This document shows, piece after piece, positions 1-13,083 of a DNA stretch of 64,000 bases. The notes under the pieces are model-generated. The model worked only from the letters and a program-made list of their open reading frames with translations. It was not told where the DNA came from and did no database searches. The position numbers and the translations under genes are program-made. The DNA is taken from NCBI RefSeq assembly GCF_006345805.1, contig NC_042998.1, forward strand, positions 108,066,001-108,130,000, written 5' to 3'. The stretch is from Octopus sinensis. Its lineage: Eukaryota. Position 1 is the stretch's first letter. Every line of letters starts with the position of its first letter.

Positions 1-1139
1 GGTGGTGCCTCTGTGCAAGTGCATGTGCACACAGACACACATGCACATTCTTATATCATTTAATGTCTGTGTTCCATGCTGGCAGGACCAGATGGTTCGA
101 CAGAATCTGATGTACCAGAGGACTGATGTTTTCTATGGCATGATTTCTCTGGATAGATGCCTTTCCTAACATCAGCCACTTTACAGAGTGTACTGGGTGC
201 CATTTTCATGGCACTGGCAAGGTCACACAGTAACTTGCATGACATGGTCCACCAACTGAGTGGGGCTGCATTATTGAGGGAGGTGGTTTTTATGCCAGGT
301 ATAAAGAGGCTAATGTAGTAAAGAGGGACAAGAACAGGTGTCTTGTTGTAGAGGAGATACAAGGCTATCCCAGCCAAAAAAGGAGAAAAGATGAGGTGTC
401 AGGATTTACCCTCAAGGAACAAAAAAGTGGATAAAGAGAGAACAGGGGTGGAGAATCAAAGGATTGTTGGTTTCATGAGAGTGTGAAAGGAGAGTGACAG
501 AGTTAGTAAGATAGAAGTGGATGTAGTGAGTGGTGAAGATGGGTGGTGGCATACTTAATGGCAAATCTCGATTTGGGAGGAGGAGGTAGAGGAAAATAGA
601 AGTGGGACAGTGAGGGAGAGGTGGTAAGTATCAATTCTTAAAGCAGGGGAGGTGAACAGTAACAATATAATAAAACCATTGTTGGATAAAAAATTGGGAG
701 GTGATGTCGAGTGTATTATGTGTTGGGGGTACAGGGTTGTACAGTGTATATTGACAGAGGTCAGAGGCACTTGGGAGTGGATATGGTGAGTGACAAACAA
801 AGGCAGGGAGCATGTTGATGGTGGATATGAGTGTTTAGAAGAAAGAAGTGTTTAGAGAAAAGGGTGCTAATTGGAAAATATAGTAGTGAAGGATGCTGTT
901 CAGAATGTGGGATAGGTGACAAAGGAAGAGGTTCCAAGAAGAGGGATATCTGAGAGCACAAAGGTGGTGAGTGAAATATGTGCTCTCATGAATTTACAGA
1001 AGCAGAGGAAATAATGCTGTAGTTAGAAGGGTGACAAGTGTTAGAAAGATGAATTGTGAGGAAGTCTCAACAGAAGCAGACTGGGTGCATGGACATAAAC
1101 ACAAGCCTAATTTTTTCCTGAGATAAATGGGTATTTTCA

Positions 1140-2240
1140 AGCATAGTGAATCACCTATAATCTTAGTCATTTGTAATCTCTGTGAAGCTCAACAATCTTA
1201 AATTGGTCCTCACTACTTTGTCCTATGTCTTCTTAAGTCTCCCTCTTCTATACATTCCATCTACATTTAACTATTGGTATTTCTTTATGTAGCTGTTCTC
1301 AACCTTATGCATCACATAATAATAGTAACAGTTTTCTCTCTTGCACATTACATCTTATTCCTCTTACATCTAATTTTTCTCTTAACATACATTTTCACTT
1401 TTCACATCTTTGCAAGTCCTCTGCATTCAAGGCCCATACTTCACTGCCATGTATCATGTTTGTATTCAAGCATCATATAAGCTGTCTTTCACTCTGAAAA
1501 CAAGGGATTTTGCTACCAAAAGAGGTAATTGCACAATGAACTTTCTCCAAGTTTTGCTTTCACACCTACAATTTCTTTTATAATTCTACTAGAAATTCAT
1601 CTATAAGAACAAGATTATCAGCACAAAGGAATTCTCATGGGTAATCAGTTTTAAACTCTTCTATTACAGCCTGGAAGACTATGATAAATTAGAGGAGACT
1701 TGTAAACTTCTAACTGCGCACTGAATTTATTGCTGTACTCTCACCTTACTGACAGCATCCCTGTATATGGCTTGAATGACTTTCACTGGCCATTCATCTA
1801 CTCCTAGTTAGCCAATGACCACCAGATCATGAAGGAAAGGATCCTGTTGAAGACTTTTACCAGGATGAGAAAAGCCAAGTATAGTGGTTTACTGTTGGTC
1901 AAATATTTTCCCTCAAAATTTTCTTACAAGACAGAGGGTATTGGTTGTACTTCTGCTTGACACAAAACCAAACTGCATCTTATCTTGTCTAACTCTCTTC
2001 CTAATTAGCTGACCTAATACTCATCAAGTAACTTTCATGGCCTGGTTCAGCAATCTGATACCTCTGTAACTGCTTGTCTCTAAGGAATCTTCTTTACCTT
2101 TGTAACAGTTGACTATAATGCTGCAACACCAGTCATTATGCATGATACATTCTTGAACAACCTAGTTAACTAAGTGACTAGGCTGTATCTCTAGGCCACC
2201 AAATATTTTAAGTAGTTATTCCTGATGGATCAAGAGCTTT
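1140..2240 (-). mobile_element. Old, degenerate RTE LINE fragment (RT and C-terminus)
   Basis: Minus-strand translation gives IVNCYKGKEDSLETSSYRGIRLLNQAMKVT and a GRGRPRKTW-like remnant, homologous to the RTE at 28-31 kb. Many stops and frameshifts. Confidence 0.7.
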
Positions 2241-3339
2241 CTCCGTCTTCAAATTCTTAATTGCTATACAAATATTAATATTACCACTCAACTGAATCAA
2301 CAACTCCCTGATAATCAAACATTCAGGGCCAAATATGTAAATCATTAACATCATTTAACATCTGTTGTCCATGCTGGCATGTGAACTAAAAGAAATAACT
2401 AGCTAGGTGTGATATACTGTATGTCTACTATTAAGATAGTGATGGAAGGGTGAGGAGGTGGGGATGAAAGGAAAAATAGAGAAGGAAGTCTGCAAATCTT
2501 TAAGAGATTAATGAAAATTTTACTTTTTTTGAAAAAAAAAATGCTTAGAACAACACAGCACTTAAATATGAATATTTATACATTCTAAAAGACAAAAAAA
2601 CTATATTTTCATCCACAAATGAGTTATGAATAATAAATAGGGAGCAGTGATAAGCATAGTATGATTATATTATATCTTTCAAGAAAAAAAGCAATCAGTA
2701 CAACTTAACGTTATTGATATTCATATGTCCTGAGAGTGAATAGACATAGTTGAGAAAGAAGGCTATAATACTGACCAATGGAAAGATACAGAGAAGTTAG
2801 TGAAGTACAGAAGGAAGTCTGTAATCTCTAAGAGAAATCTTTCATACACAAGGCTGATCTTCAGCTGTTGCAATTCATTTTTTAAATGATCTTCATGCTT
2901 TCAGGTGAGCTGCTCAGTGGATTGTCAGGTGAACTTCACAATATTACTTCAGAATCAATAACATACCTGATAAAATTATCAATCATTTCTTGATAGACTA
3001 AAGTATGATTCAGTTTAGTTTCATAGACCTCTTTACAAATAAATTATATATGAATAGTGATGTGTTAATTCTGTTGTGCCTGGGGAGAGTCATTTTCTTT
3101 TTGTGCCTTACAATGTAACACACTCACCGATAAAATTTCCACTTATTTCTTATTTTTATTTTCCTAAATGAGTTAATTATTGCTGATGAAGTTGACATTA
3201 TCAAACACTATTTTAACATATGTTTACTCAAGGAGTTGCGTTGCTGAAATAGAGTGGTTTGAACAAACTGTCTTAGAATAACAATTTACCAGACATCTTC
3301 CCCTTATCGTGCAAAAATTCTTTCTTAAATTCATGACAT

Positions 3340-3900
3340 GAATGTACAACAAAACTGGAGAAATCAAGGGATTGGTGGCCTAATAGTTCATAGAGATACT
3401 AAAGAACTTGTCAGCTCTTGCAGCATGTGCAGTAAATAAGATTTTAAAATTTTCCTTGTAATAAATAGTGACCTGTATCACACCTTTAGATGAGATTACA
3501 TATAGATTGTGAATACGTACAAAATATTGAGAATGTGTAGATTATAGTTGACTCAATCACTACTTGAAACTGTTTTATATTCTAGTACAAACTTGGAGTG
3601 ATATTAGACAAAGAAAATAAGTTATAGCTCATTTAATTAAAAGAATGGTAAAATTAACTTTGCTACAAGTATTCTAAGTATAACCTATTATTCAAAGTCT
3701 AATGGGGCAGCAGAAACAGATGAGGAAACAATAAAGTCTGCATTACACAGTTACAGTCTAGCAGTTGGAGAGTTTGATGAATATTTGTTAAGGGCTCCTT
3801 TCAATGAGTGCAGTGCATTTGATGCATGCTAATTATCTTTAGCAGAGAAATTACTTGGTAGAGAATTAAGAATAGTAGTAAAGCCTTTTTCAAAGGTTTG
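3340..3900 (+). pseudogene. Degenerate Ty3/Gypsy-type integrase relic
   Basis: Motifs appear in the expected order across frameshifts: WWPN..RDTKELVSSCSMC (Zn-binding CxxC), RLHID, IIVDS, YYSKSNGAAETDEETIKSAL (YHPxSNGxAER-like) and LAEKLLGRELR. Confidence 0.6.
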
Positions 3901-6124
3901 ACAGTATAATGAATGAAATTTATTTCTTACTAAGTCGAACAGTTTAATGAAACTTGTGCAGATGCACGCTATCTAATTCATGCTGGCAGAAACACAGTCT
4001 GGATTAAATCTGAATGTGAAAAACCTTAGTTAGCATTAATTTAACAAATGGTTTCTAAATAACTTTCTCCAAACACATCTGCTTATCAAGATAATGTTAT
4101 CTGTGGACCAACATCACCAACTTTTCTATCTCCTGTGGAGCTGTCGCTTGATCATGTGATCTTTTTAGTAATGTTCCTAAAAGGTCAACATCATCAATTT
4201 CTCCATTTAAATACTGGGAATATTCAATCTCCATTACCTCCCACGGTGCCACTGCTACTAAATCGTGTTAATCCTGACAACAACTTAATCAGTGGTACAA
4301 TACTACCACACAGGAGATATAGAATCACAAAAGGAATTCAGAAGTCACAAAAGCTACAACGACAAAGACAATTTATCTTTTGTGGCTGTAGTAATGTTAT
4401 ATTTATAATATCCTATTATTAATAGGGAAATGAATCAAGTCAGCATCATTATGTTGTATCAGTATACTTAATCTATGGCATTGTTATATCAATGTTGCTG
4501 TGATGTTTTGGGGCTTGCACAGGGTAAGAACTACTTAAAGTGGCTTTCAATTCAATGTCAAAGAAATGTTTCATGGTATACAGTTTGGATAATGTTGGAA
4601 AACTCTAAAATTTGATTATAATATCTATTGGAAGTTTTGAACTTACTGTTGTAAAAATATGTATCCATCATAAACATAACACCAGTACTCTGGTAAGACT
4701 TGATTGAACAGACTTATGATCAAAACTGTTCTTGTCGTGATCATTCTGTCATTTTTTTCTCATTAAAATAAATATCTAGGACAACATTATCTAATGTGTC
4801 ATTTCTCATTCTAAGAGGGTAGGGTGTGATATAAAGGAGATTTAGTTGCTATTTCTAGCAGATAAAGTGATCATGTAGTGGTTTGTTGTTGTGACTTTTA
4901 TTTTTTTTTTTTAGTATTGGATCTACTGGTACAAGGTTCTGGAAATTACTGTAACTAATTTATCTATCTAAAGACAAGTTGATTATTATTATTTTTAGTC
5001 CTTGAATAAGAGGAATACTAGTATCTGGTCTCTTGTTTTGCTTTTTTATTTTTGCATTTACAAAACAAAAATAGAAAATTAATATGAGAGAGAGAGGCGG
5101 GGGGAGAGAGAAACTGAAGTAATAAAGACTTTCTTTGGTTGTAGAGGAGTTGGGTAGGCAATGCATGGAGTTATAATCTCTGTGTGTTTCTGTATGTGTG
5201 TATGCATGTGCGCACCTTCTATGTAACTATGCAAATGTGTGTATTTCTGTTTGAATGTGCGTGCATATCATCATAGCTAGTTTCTACTAGAGAAATGGTT
5301 GGACAGACCTTCAACAATTGGTCCATTCAACCAATTGTTTCTTGAGTTAACCCTGACAACTTTAATTAAAACCTAATCTATTCTCTCTATATTTCCTTTC
5401 CCACTTTGTTCTCTCTATCTTCAAATTTACTGTTTATTTCTTATTATTATCTTACAACATTTCCTATCAATTTAAAATCAATTTTAATCATCTAACTGAG
5501 CCACTTGCAATTTCTTTCCTATAATCTTCAAATGTCTGTTTCCAAACAGGTTTCTTATCCTATAAATATTTCTTACATGACACTTCACTGCTTTAATAAA
5601 TCACACTGCATAAAACCTGTATTTTTATATATAGATGGAATATTTTTTCTCTGAACAAATTAACATTGTTAAAATCTTTCTACTTATAAACTTTACTAAT
5701 TCAATTAATATTCACATCCTTGATTAAATAATGTTAGAAGTTAGAATTAAGTTGAATGCACCTAACTTCTCTTTCATCTGGCTGAGTTCAAATCCCAGTG
5801 CAGTAAAGTCTATCTTTAAATAATTCCATAGTTTATGAAATAACAACCACAAGGAATCTTTTATATAATGAGATAACCTCCAAGAAATAGTAGTCAATTT
5901 GCTCTCAGATCTCATTCTAGCATCTTATAAAAGTAAAAACACATTGAATAATGCAGTCCAAGATACACTGAATAAAAAATGGTAAAACCATAAATAAAAC
6001 ATCTCTGATAATAAGGTCTGTTTGATCAAGGCTGACATAGGCGCCATACAACATCAAAAAAAATAAGAACTAGGAATGTGTTAAGGTTGAGTCAATTGAC
6101 TACTGTTTGTTCTCATCTACTACA

Positions 6125-6290
6125 ACAGTGGTTCACAAAGTGAGTAGCATTGCCCCCTGGGAGCAGTGGAATGTTCCAAGGGGGCATTGAAGGAAAGTGG
6201 GGCAATAATGGTGTAGTGATTCATGTAAAAAGTGGGGTGATAATGGGGTAGCAATTCATGTAAAAACAACAATATAATGGGTTCATTAGG
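6125..6290 (+). mobile_element. Possible hAT-type MITE end
   Basis: Begins CAGTGGTTCACAAAGTG, resembling hAT/Charlie-type CAGTGGTTCCCAAA termini. The partner end was not found. Confidence 0.3.
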
Positions 6291-6344
6291 TTAAGCAAAT
6301 AATAATAATAGGTTAAGCAAATAATAATAATAATCATGATAATA

Positions 6345-6745
6345 ATAATCCTTTCTTCAAAAGGCACAATGCCCGAAATTTTGGAGGAGAGGACTAGTTG
6401 GTTACATTGACCCCAGTACTTGATTGGTACTTATTTTATTGAACCTGAAAGAATGAAAGGCAAAGTCAATCTCGGCAGAATTTGAACTCAGAACATGAAG
6501 ACAGGCGAAATACCAGTAAGTATTTCGCCTGGCATGCTAACATTTCTGCCAGCTCATTGCCTGAATAATAATGGTTTCAAATTTTTGCAAAAGGCCAGCA
6601 AATTGGGGAAATAACTGTTTCAAATTTTGGTAGAAAGCCAGAAGTTTTGGAAGAGGGTCTAAGTCGATTATATTGATCCCAGTAATCAACTGATACTTAT
6701 TTTATCACCCCTGAAAGGATGAAAGGCAAAGACAACCTTGGTGAA
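6345..6745 (-). mobile_element. Two adjacent copies (one partial) of SINE family B
   Basis: Reverse complement of the 8341-8570 element (ttctgagttcaaat...tttgcctttcatcc...taagtaccagt...ggggtcaatgtaa) with an AAT-type tail. Confidence 0.7.
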
Positions 6746-6859
6746 GAAGAAGAAGAAGAAGAAGAAGAAGAAGAGAAGAAGAAGAAGAAGAAGGAGGAGG
6801 AGGAGGAGGATGTGGGGAGGAGAAGAGGAAGAAGAAGAATAAGAATAAGATGAATAATG

Positions 6860-6891
<32 letters not shown>

Positions 6892-6905
6892 TATTATTAT
6901 TATCA
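6742..6905. repeat. Compound (GAA)n/(GAG)n/(AAT)n microsatellite
   Basis: Directly visible; the source of the poly-F/S/I ORFs. Confidence 0.95.
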
Positions 6906-7724
6906 TTTATGAAGACTGACATAACTAAGGCACTAGTCCAACAGTTTTTATCATTTCTAGTGCAGCTGGTCTGGTGCCTAAGTAGAAACTATTATTACTG
7001 TTGGCATCATTGTATAAATGATAAAAATGCTTAAAGACATTTAGGTTTACAAGACAGATACAAAAAGATGAGAACAGAGCTTTTGTAAAAATCAAATTTC
7101 TCCGTTTTCAAAGACTAGGCATTTTGTAGTATAAACAAGAACACACATACACAAACAACCACATATACATACACATGCTTACATGCATGTTTATGTATTG
7201 TTATCACTGAACAAAAAAAAAAGCAATAAACCATTGGTTTGTTATTTGATAACCCACTGACAACCACTTTGATCAGATGTGAACTGGATAACAAAATAGA
7301 TACAACATGATGTGACTGTCACACCGCTTTACACATAATCATCTGTTGAATGATATAGACTGGAAATGTGCAACAATCTGCTGGTTGAGATCTGAAGATT
7401 TTAACAAAATATTCTGCTATTACTTCTGTGCTATAAGATATTTCTTAGAACTATTATTTTATTATATGTAACAACAGCTGCTTTCAATTGCCTCCTAGAA
7501 ATGATTTCAACATCTATATAAATCTAATAAATAATAGTTCTAGGAAACTGTATACACGACCAATTATTGTGGTATATTATAGATTGTAGTGGTGCTTGGT
7601 GCATTTTCTAAATATAAAAAAACCTAACAAAACAAATTAAATAGATTCTTAATGACTCAGAATAGTGTTTTCTAAATCTAAAATAATGTATATTTATTTT
7701 TAACTTTGGGCAGTTGTCCAATTA

Positions 7725-8168
7725 TGGTGGATTCACAGAATCGTTAGAGCATCAACCAATGTCTTGCAGTTAGTTTTTTTCCCCAGCTCTTTACATTCTG
7801 AATTTAAATACCACTGAGGTCAGCATTACCTTTTATCTTTTTGTTTGGGGTCAATAAAATAAAATGCTAGTCAAGTACTGAGGTCGATAACATTGTCTAA
7901 CCCCTTCCCTTAAAATTGCTTTACATTGTGCCTAAATCAGAAACGAAATTACTACTACTACTGCTGCTGCTGCTGCCGCTGCAGTGACCTGGCAGAACTG
8001 TTAGCATGCTGTGTAAAATGCTTAGTGGCATTTTGTCTGTCCTTACATTCTGAGTTCAAACTCTGTCATGGTTGATTTAGCCTTTCATCCTTTTGGTTGA
8101 ACACTGGGATCAATGTAATTAACTCACTACCACCCCAAATTTGCTGGCCTTGTACCGCAATTTGAAAC

Positions 8169-8199
<31 letters not shown>

Positions 8200-8278
8200 G
8201 TTATTATTATTATTATTATTATTGTTATTATTATTATTATTATTATTGTTATTATTATTATTATTATTATTGTTATTG

Positions 8279-8319
<41 letters not shown>

Positions 8320-8570
8320 GTTATTATTATTATTACATAAGGTGGTGAGCTAGCAGAATCAATACCCTGCCAGGCGAAATGCTTAGCTGTATTTTGTCTG
8401 TTGCTATGTTCTGAGTTCAAATTCTGCTGAGGTTGACTTTGCCATTCATCCTTTTGGGATTGATAAATTAAGTACCAGTGAAAAACTGGGGTTGATGTAA
8501 TTGACTGTCCCCCTCCCCATAAAATCCAGGCCTTGTCCCTATAGTAGAAAATATTATTATTATTATTATG
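7725..8570 (+). mobile_element. Three head-to-tail copies of SINE family B (~7725-7945, ~7985-8170, 8341-8570) separated by trinucleotide tails
   Basis: Repeated ggtgagct(g/a)gcagaatc...tgcttag...ttctgagttcaaa...catcctttt...gtacca...ggccttgt. Copies end in (TAC)/(ATT)n; a long (ATT)n lies at ~8170-8335. Confidence 0.75.
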
Positions 8571-8574
8571 ACAG

Positions 8575-9150
8575 CTGTGTAAAGAAGTGCTGCTCTCTAA
8601 CTGTGGAGGGAACCTGTGGAAGAGACAGAGTCAGGAAGACATAGGATGAGATGGTGAAGCACGATCTTTGAATGTTGGGCCTCATGTGGCTGAAACCTTT
8701 GATGATATACTGTTGCAGGTGTCACGAAAATGGCATCCATGAAATTGTAGTTGTGGTCGTAGCTGGTAGCATGATCTTCAAATGTTGGGCCTTGCAGAAG
8801 CAATGACAAGTGACTGAGACCTTTGGGGATATGCGGTGCCTAAGAAGACTTGTTAAGCCAAGTGAACCCATAGTCATGACCGTTGCTAGTATCATATAGA
8901 TGCACCCATGAAATCATAGTTGTGGCTGATGCTGGTGCCATATAAATGACGCTTGTGTTGGTGGTACATAAAAAGCATCCATGCCAGTGGCACATAAAAA
9001 GTACCTATTACACTCTTGAACTGGTTGGCATCAAACTGCAAAAACCATGCCAAGTAAGACTGGGACCTGGTGCAGCCCTCTGGCTTACCAGTTCCAGTCA
9101 AACCATATAACCCATTCCAGAATGGAAAGTGGATGTCAAATGAAGATGAT
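8575..9150 (+). mobile_element. 5'-truncated RTE 3' end, followed by (CTA)n at ~9157-9212
   Basis: Homologous to the RTE C-terminal and 3' UTR sequence at 32290-33260 (gacagctgtgt...gaacctgtggaagag...gcacgatctttga) and ends in a gatgataatgat tail. Confidence 0.7.
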
Positions 9151-9156
9151 AATGAT

Positions 9157-9210
<54 letters not shown>

Positions 9211-9941
9211 AACTAGAAGTTATTGTTTCCAAAAGTACCACCAGTCACACCACTGGTTGCAACTAGGAAAATAATGAAAGAAACTGACTCATTTCATAGT
9301 GCAAGGAACAAATGGACAGGGGTCCCCTTTGCCAAGGCAGTAACCAGTAACACTATATATCATCTTGCAATGATGGGAAGGCAATGGAGGATGGACAAGG
9401 GTGGCAAACCATAGGGAACTGTGAGAATAAACACTCCATAACTACTCTCCAAAAAAGTGAGCCTAAGCAGAAAAGGTATAAGGCACATGAAGAAAAGTTC
9501 ATTTCTTTCTTAAACTGTATAAACTTGACAATCATCCTAATAACCAACAAGAGACTGTGGGACATGGTGAATGATATATAAAGAGAAGAAAGAAAAGATG
9601 AAATATAGATTGAGAAGGAGATGGGCTTTAAATGTATAAAATATACACAATAGACTGCTAATAAGAATGATTATTAAAGTGTATGAAAAGTTATACTGAT
9701 GATGATGATCATGATGATAGCTTCCAGAATAATGTAGGCTCTTTCTTGTCTACTCTATGACCTGAGTTGTTCAAGGGTACTTTTGGATTGAACATATTGG
9801 ATATATAGTTCCCAAGTAAATAGAAGCAGAAAGTATTAGGATCAGAGGTACTCTGATGAAACCCGGTAGTAGCTTCACATTTGTGTATAGGTGGGCTGCT
9901 CTTTTTTTTGTGTGTTGTATTTTTATTCTTATATTTATATC

Positions 9942-9973
<32 letters not shown>

Positions 9974-9977
<4 letters not shown>

Positions 9978-10675
9978 CAGTTTACAGATTGGAGACAGGT
10001 ATTCTCTATATAGAATACACTTCGAAGTGCTCAAAAGATTTGAACTTCAGCCGGTAGACGAGTAAATGTAATGACAAACAAGTTAGGCAAATCGATTTAC
10101 ACAAAATATTAAATACATTTAATAGAAACAATGTACATCCATATGGAAATAAAAATATTTCGACTTACAGAATATAAATGATATCAGGAGTTAAATCATT
10201 AGTCTTCTATAGTAGGAGTTCCATGTATATATATCTTGGTGGGATTGGGATATTTTTTGTAGATATGCCCAAGGACTATTCTGTGTAAATCAACTTGCCT
10301 AACTTGCTTGTCATTACATTTACTCATCTATCAGCTCAAGTTCAAATCTCTTGAGCACTTCAAAGTGTATTCTATATAGAGAACACCTGTCTCTAACCTA
10401 TAAACTATATACCTTTTGCTCGACAGAGTGCTGCCTATAGATAACACTCATAGATAAGCAATTCTCAGGCATGTCTACAAAAAATATCCTGATCCCAAAA
10501 AGGGATATATACATGGAACTCCTACTACAGAAGACTAATGATTTAATTTCTGATATCATTTATATTCTGTAAGTTGGACTACTTTATATCCATACACATG
10601 TACTATTTTTCTATTAAATGTATCTAATATTTTGTGTAAATCGACTTGCCTAACTTGTTTGTCATTACATTTACT
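9974..10675. repeat. Interlocking inverted and direct repeat block, probably Penelope-like pseudo-LTR remnants
   Basis: 9974-10108 is the reverse complement of 10277-10411, and 10061-10269 is the reverse complement of 10468-10675. The PLE assignment is inference. Confidence 0.8.
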
Positions 10676-10827
10676 GTGGAGTGGTTGGTGTTAAGAAGGG
10701 CATCCAGCCGTAAAATCCCTGCCAAAACAGACACAGTAGCCTAGGGTAGTTTTTCTACCTGGCCAGCTCCTGTCATTTGTCTTACCCATGCATGCATGAA
10801 AGATGGATGTTAAACAATGATGATGAT

Positions 10828-11592
10828 ATATGCAGATTCTGTGACACATTTGATGAAACAATAGACCATCTTGTCTTGGGATGTCCTGTGCTGACACCAA
10901 ACGAATACAAAAATCATCATGATAGGGTAGGACATTGGAAAATATGTATTTACAATGCAAAATATGTAAATACTACAAAATCAGCACTCCTACTTACTGG
11001 TATGAACATCATCTTGAGCCAGTTGTTGAAGGTAAAAATGTCACCATCCTTTGGGATTTTCCACTCAACACTGACAAAATGATCCGGGCTAATTGATCAG
11101 AGATAATCATTAAAGACAGGGAAGAAAATACACGTAGACTAACAGATGTGTTTCCACTGATAAAAATATATCTGTAAAGGAATTTGACAAACTAAGTAAA
11201 TATAAGGACCTAGAAATTGAAATACAAAAGATGTGGCATCTTAAAACAATAACTGTTCCTGTTATTGTAGGTGCCCTAGGTATAATAAAAAAGGAATTTC
11301 AGAAACATCTAGATAAGATCCCAAGAGAACCATGTCTCAGAGAAATCCAAAAGATTGTACTGACAAGTACTGCCAACATCCTTAGAAAAACCCTATCCAT
11401 TTAAATGTCTGTGTTGTATTACAAGAAGATATTTCGTTACTCCCCTCACCCCAAGCTTTCAGTCATATTGTAACATCTCTTATCCTTCACTCGCCCCAAG
11501 GCTCTGGGTATGTCTTGGCAGGTGACTGTAACAAATATATAGATTAGAAGTAAATAATAATAATAATGATAATAATAATAATAATCATAATG

Positions 11593-11645
<53 letters not shown>
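10828..11645 (+). mobile_element. 3' fragment of an RLE-type non-LTR retrotransposon (R4/Dong/NeSL-like) with (TAA)n tail
   Basis: CRFCDTFDETIDHLVLGCPVL zinc knuckle, HHDRVG, TILWDF, IRAN*SEIIIKD (degenerate PD motif) and KYKDLEIEIQKMWHLKTITVPVIVGALG. Stop at 11402-11404, (TAA)n from ~11553. Confidence 0.85.
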
Positions 11646-11647
<2 letters not shown>

Positions 11648-12519
11648 TATATTGGATAAATCAGTAAAAGAGCAGTATAAAAGTAGTACTCTTCCTACTA
11701 CTACAGTGTCAACAGCAACAGTTCCACCATCATCATTGGTATAATCAGTGCTTGTAATCATGATCACTGTCATCCTCATCATCCTGATTACTTTACCACC
11801 ATAATCACCACTGCTACTACTACCTTCCTCTTTGTTGGGATCTTCATAATCAGGATTGTCAATCTTTATCATCACTATCATAATACTACACTTCTTATCA
11901 TCATTGCCATCATCATCACTATCATCAATGTCACCACCTCTACCACCACTATTATTATCAGTAAAGAAGTCTACACTAAATTTCACAAGCTCAACATTCT
12001 TTTCTACTCAACTGAAATGACAAGCTATTACAATCATATAATCAATATTTAACCAATGTGGAACAGTAAAGCAGACACACAACTGATGGGGAGAAGATAA
12101 CAAATGGCAAGATAAAACTCAAGAAGATTCATGTATAGCATAGTCTCGGTTTTTAAACTGTGTACTGACAATTCTTAACATGAGAATTTATGCAGGTTTC
12201 CAGGCTAGAATGATTAAAAGGACATAGTTCTAAAATATGGGGCTATATGCAGGTTTTTGGACAAAAATGATCAAAGGGATACAGTCCCAAGATACCGAAT
12301 TTTATGATGACTTTCAAGCAAAAATATGGTAGTAAAGGGATACAGTCGAAAGAAATTGATACATGCTCTCTAAAGACATAGAGTATTTTAGATTGATATG
12401 GTTCCAAGGAGAAAGAAACAATGTATATTGTATGACTCAAGGTTTTGGAATAGTGATGTATGTTAATGAGAGGAGACAAGTTTAGTTAATAGATAGATAC
12501 ATATAAACATATATAACGG

Positions 12520-12720
12520 GAAAGTTTACGAAAATAAACAAAAGACGAAAGCAGGTGGAGTACAAACAAACAAATGTATTAGTATAGTGCTCAGGAATAG
12601 AAATAGAAAAAGTCTTTTACGTTTCGAGCCTATGCTCTTCGACAGAAAGATACACAGAAAAAAACAAGGAGAGAAAAAAATGCGTGTAGGAGCAAACGAT
12701 CTATCATATGCATATATACA
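12520..12720 (-). mobile_element. Penelope-like pLTR remnant carrying a hammerhead-like motif; related copy on + at ~53840-53990
   Basis: The two copies share tctttctgt..aagagcata.gct.gaaac.t.aaagactttt...actaatacat.tgtttg...caccacctg.ct.t.gtcttttgttt. Confidence 0.55.
12613..12650 (-). ncRNA. Minimal type I hammerhead-ribozyme-like motif (A6U variant, extra A after A9)
   Basis: Minus strand reads UCUUU-CUGUCGA-A-GAGC-AUAG-GCUC-GAA-ACGU-A-AAAGA: perfect stems I and II, palindromic ACGU stem III and a GUA cleavage triplet. Confidence 0.5.
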
Positions 12721-13083
12721 CACACAGCTAAGGCTTTTTAACAACTTTGTATAATATTTAACAGCAAATGATGCTATGGCAGTCATCAAGTTGCAGCTGT
12801 TCAAGAGAAACTTCAGATGCACCTGTTTCATCAGTCTCAGTGGGTCAGCAAAGCTCATGGGTACAGCCGTGTCATTCAGGATAAGTCATTAAAAAAAAAA
12901 AAATTGACAAACCATATTTTAAAGGTTGATGATGGTAATGCTGATAACAGTGCCTGTTAAAATAACAATGATGATGATGATGATAACGACAGCTGCTTAA
13001 TTTAAAAGAAAAAGCAAAAGTAAATTAACTATTTTTTTTAGGTCAAAATCCAAGAAGTAATTAACTTGAATATGGAAAATTAC

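Noticed and set aside
2821-2980. KHEDHLKNELQQLKISL as a fifth CCDC171-like exon
   Set aside because: An in-frame TGA lies immediately upstream, there is no polypyrimidine acceptor and no good donor.
6686-8420. Poly-I/L/F/S ORFs here and similar YI/CV/ER/T-repeat ORFs across the window
   Set aside because: They are translations of microsatellites.
8341-11645. SINE B mobilised by the (TAA)n-tailed RLE element
   Set aside because: The 3' ends share no sequence, and the tails are opposite strands of the repeat (ATT versus TAA).
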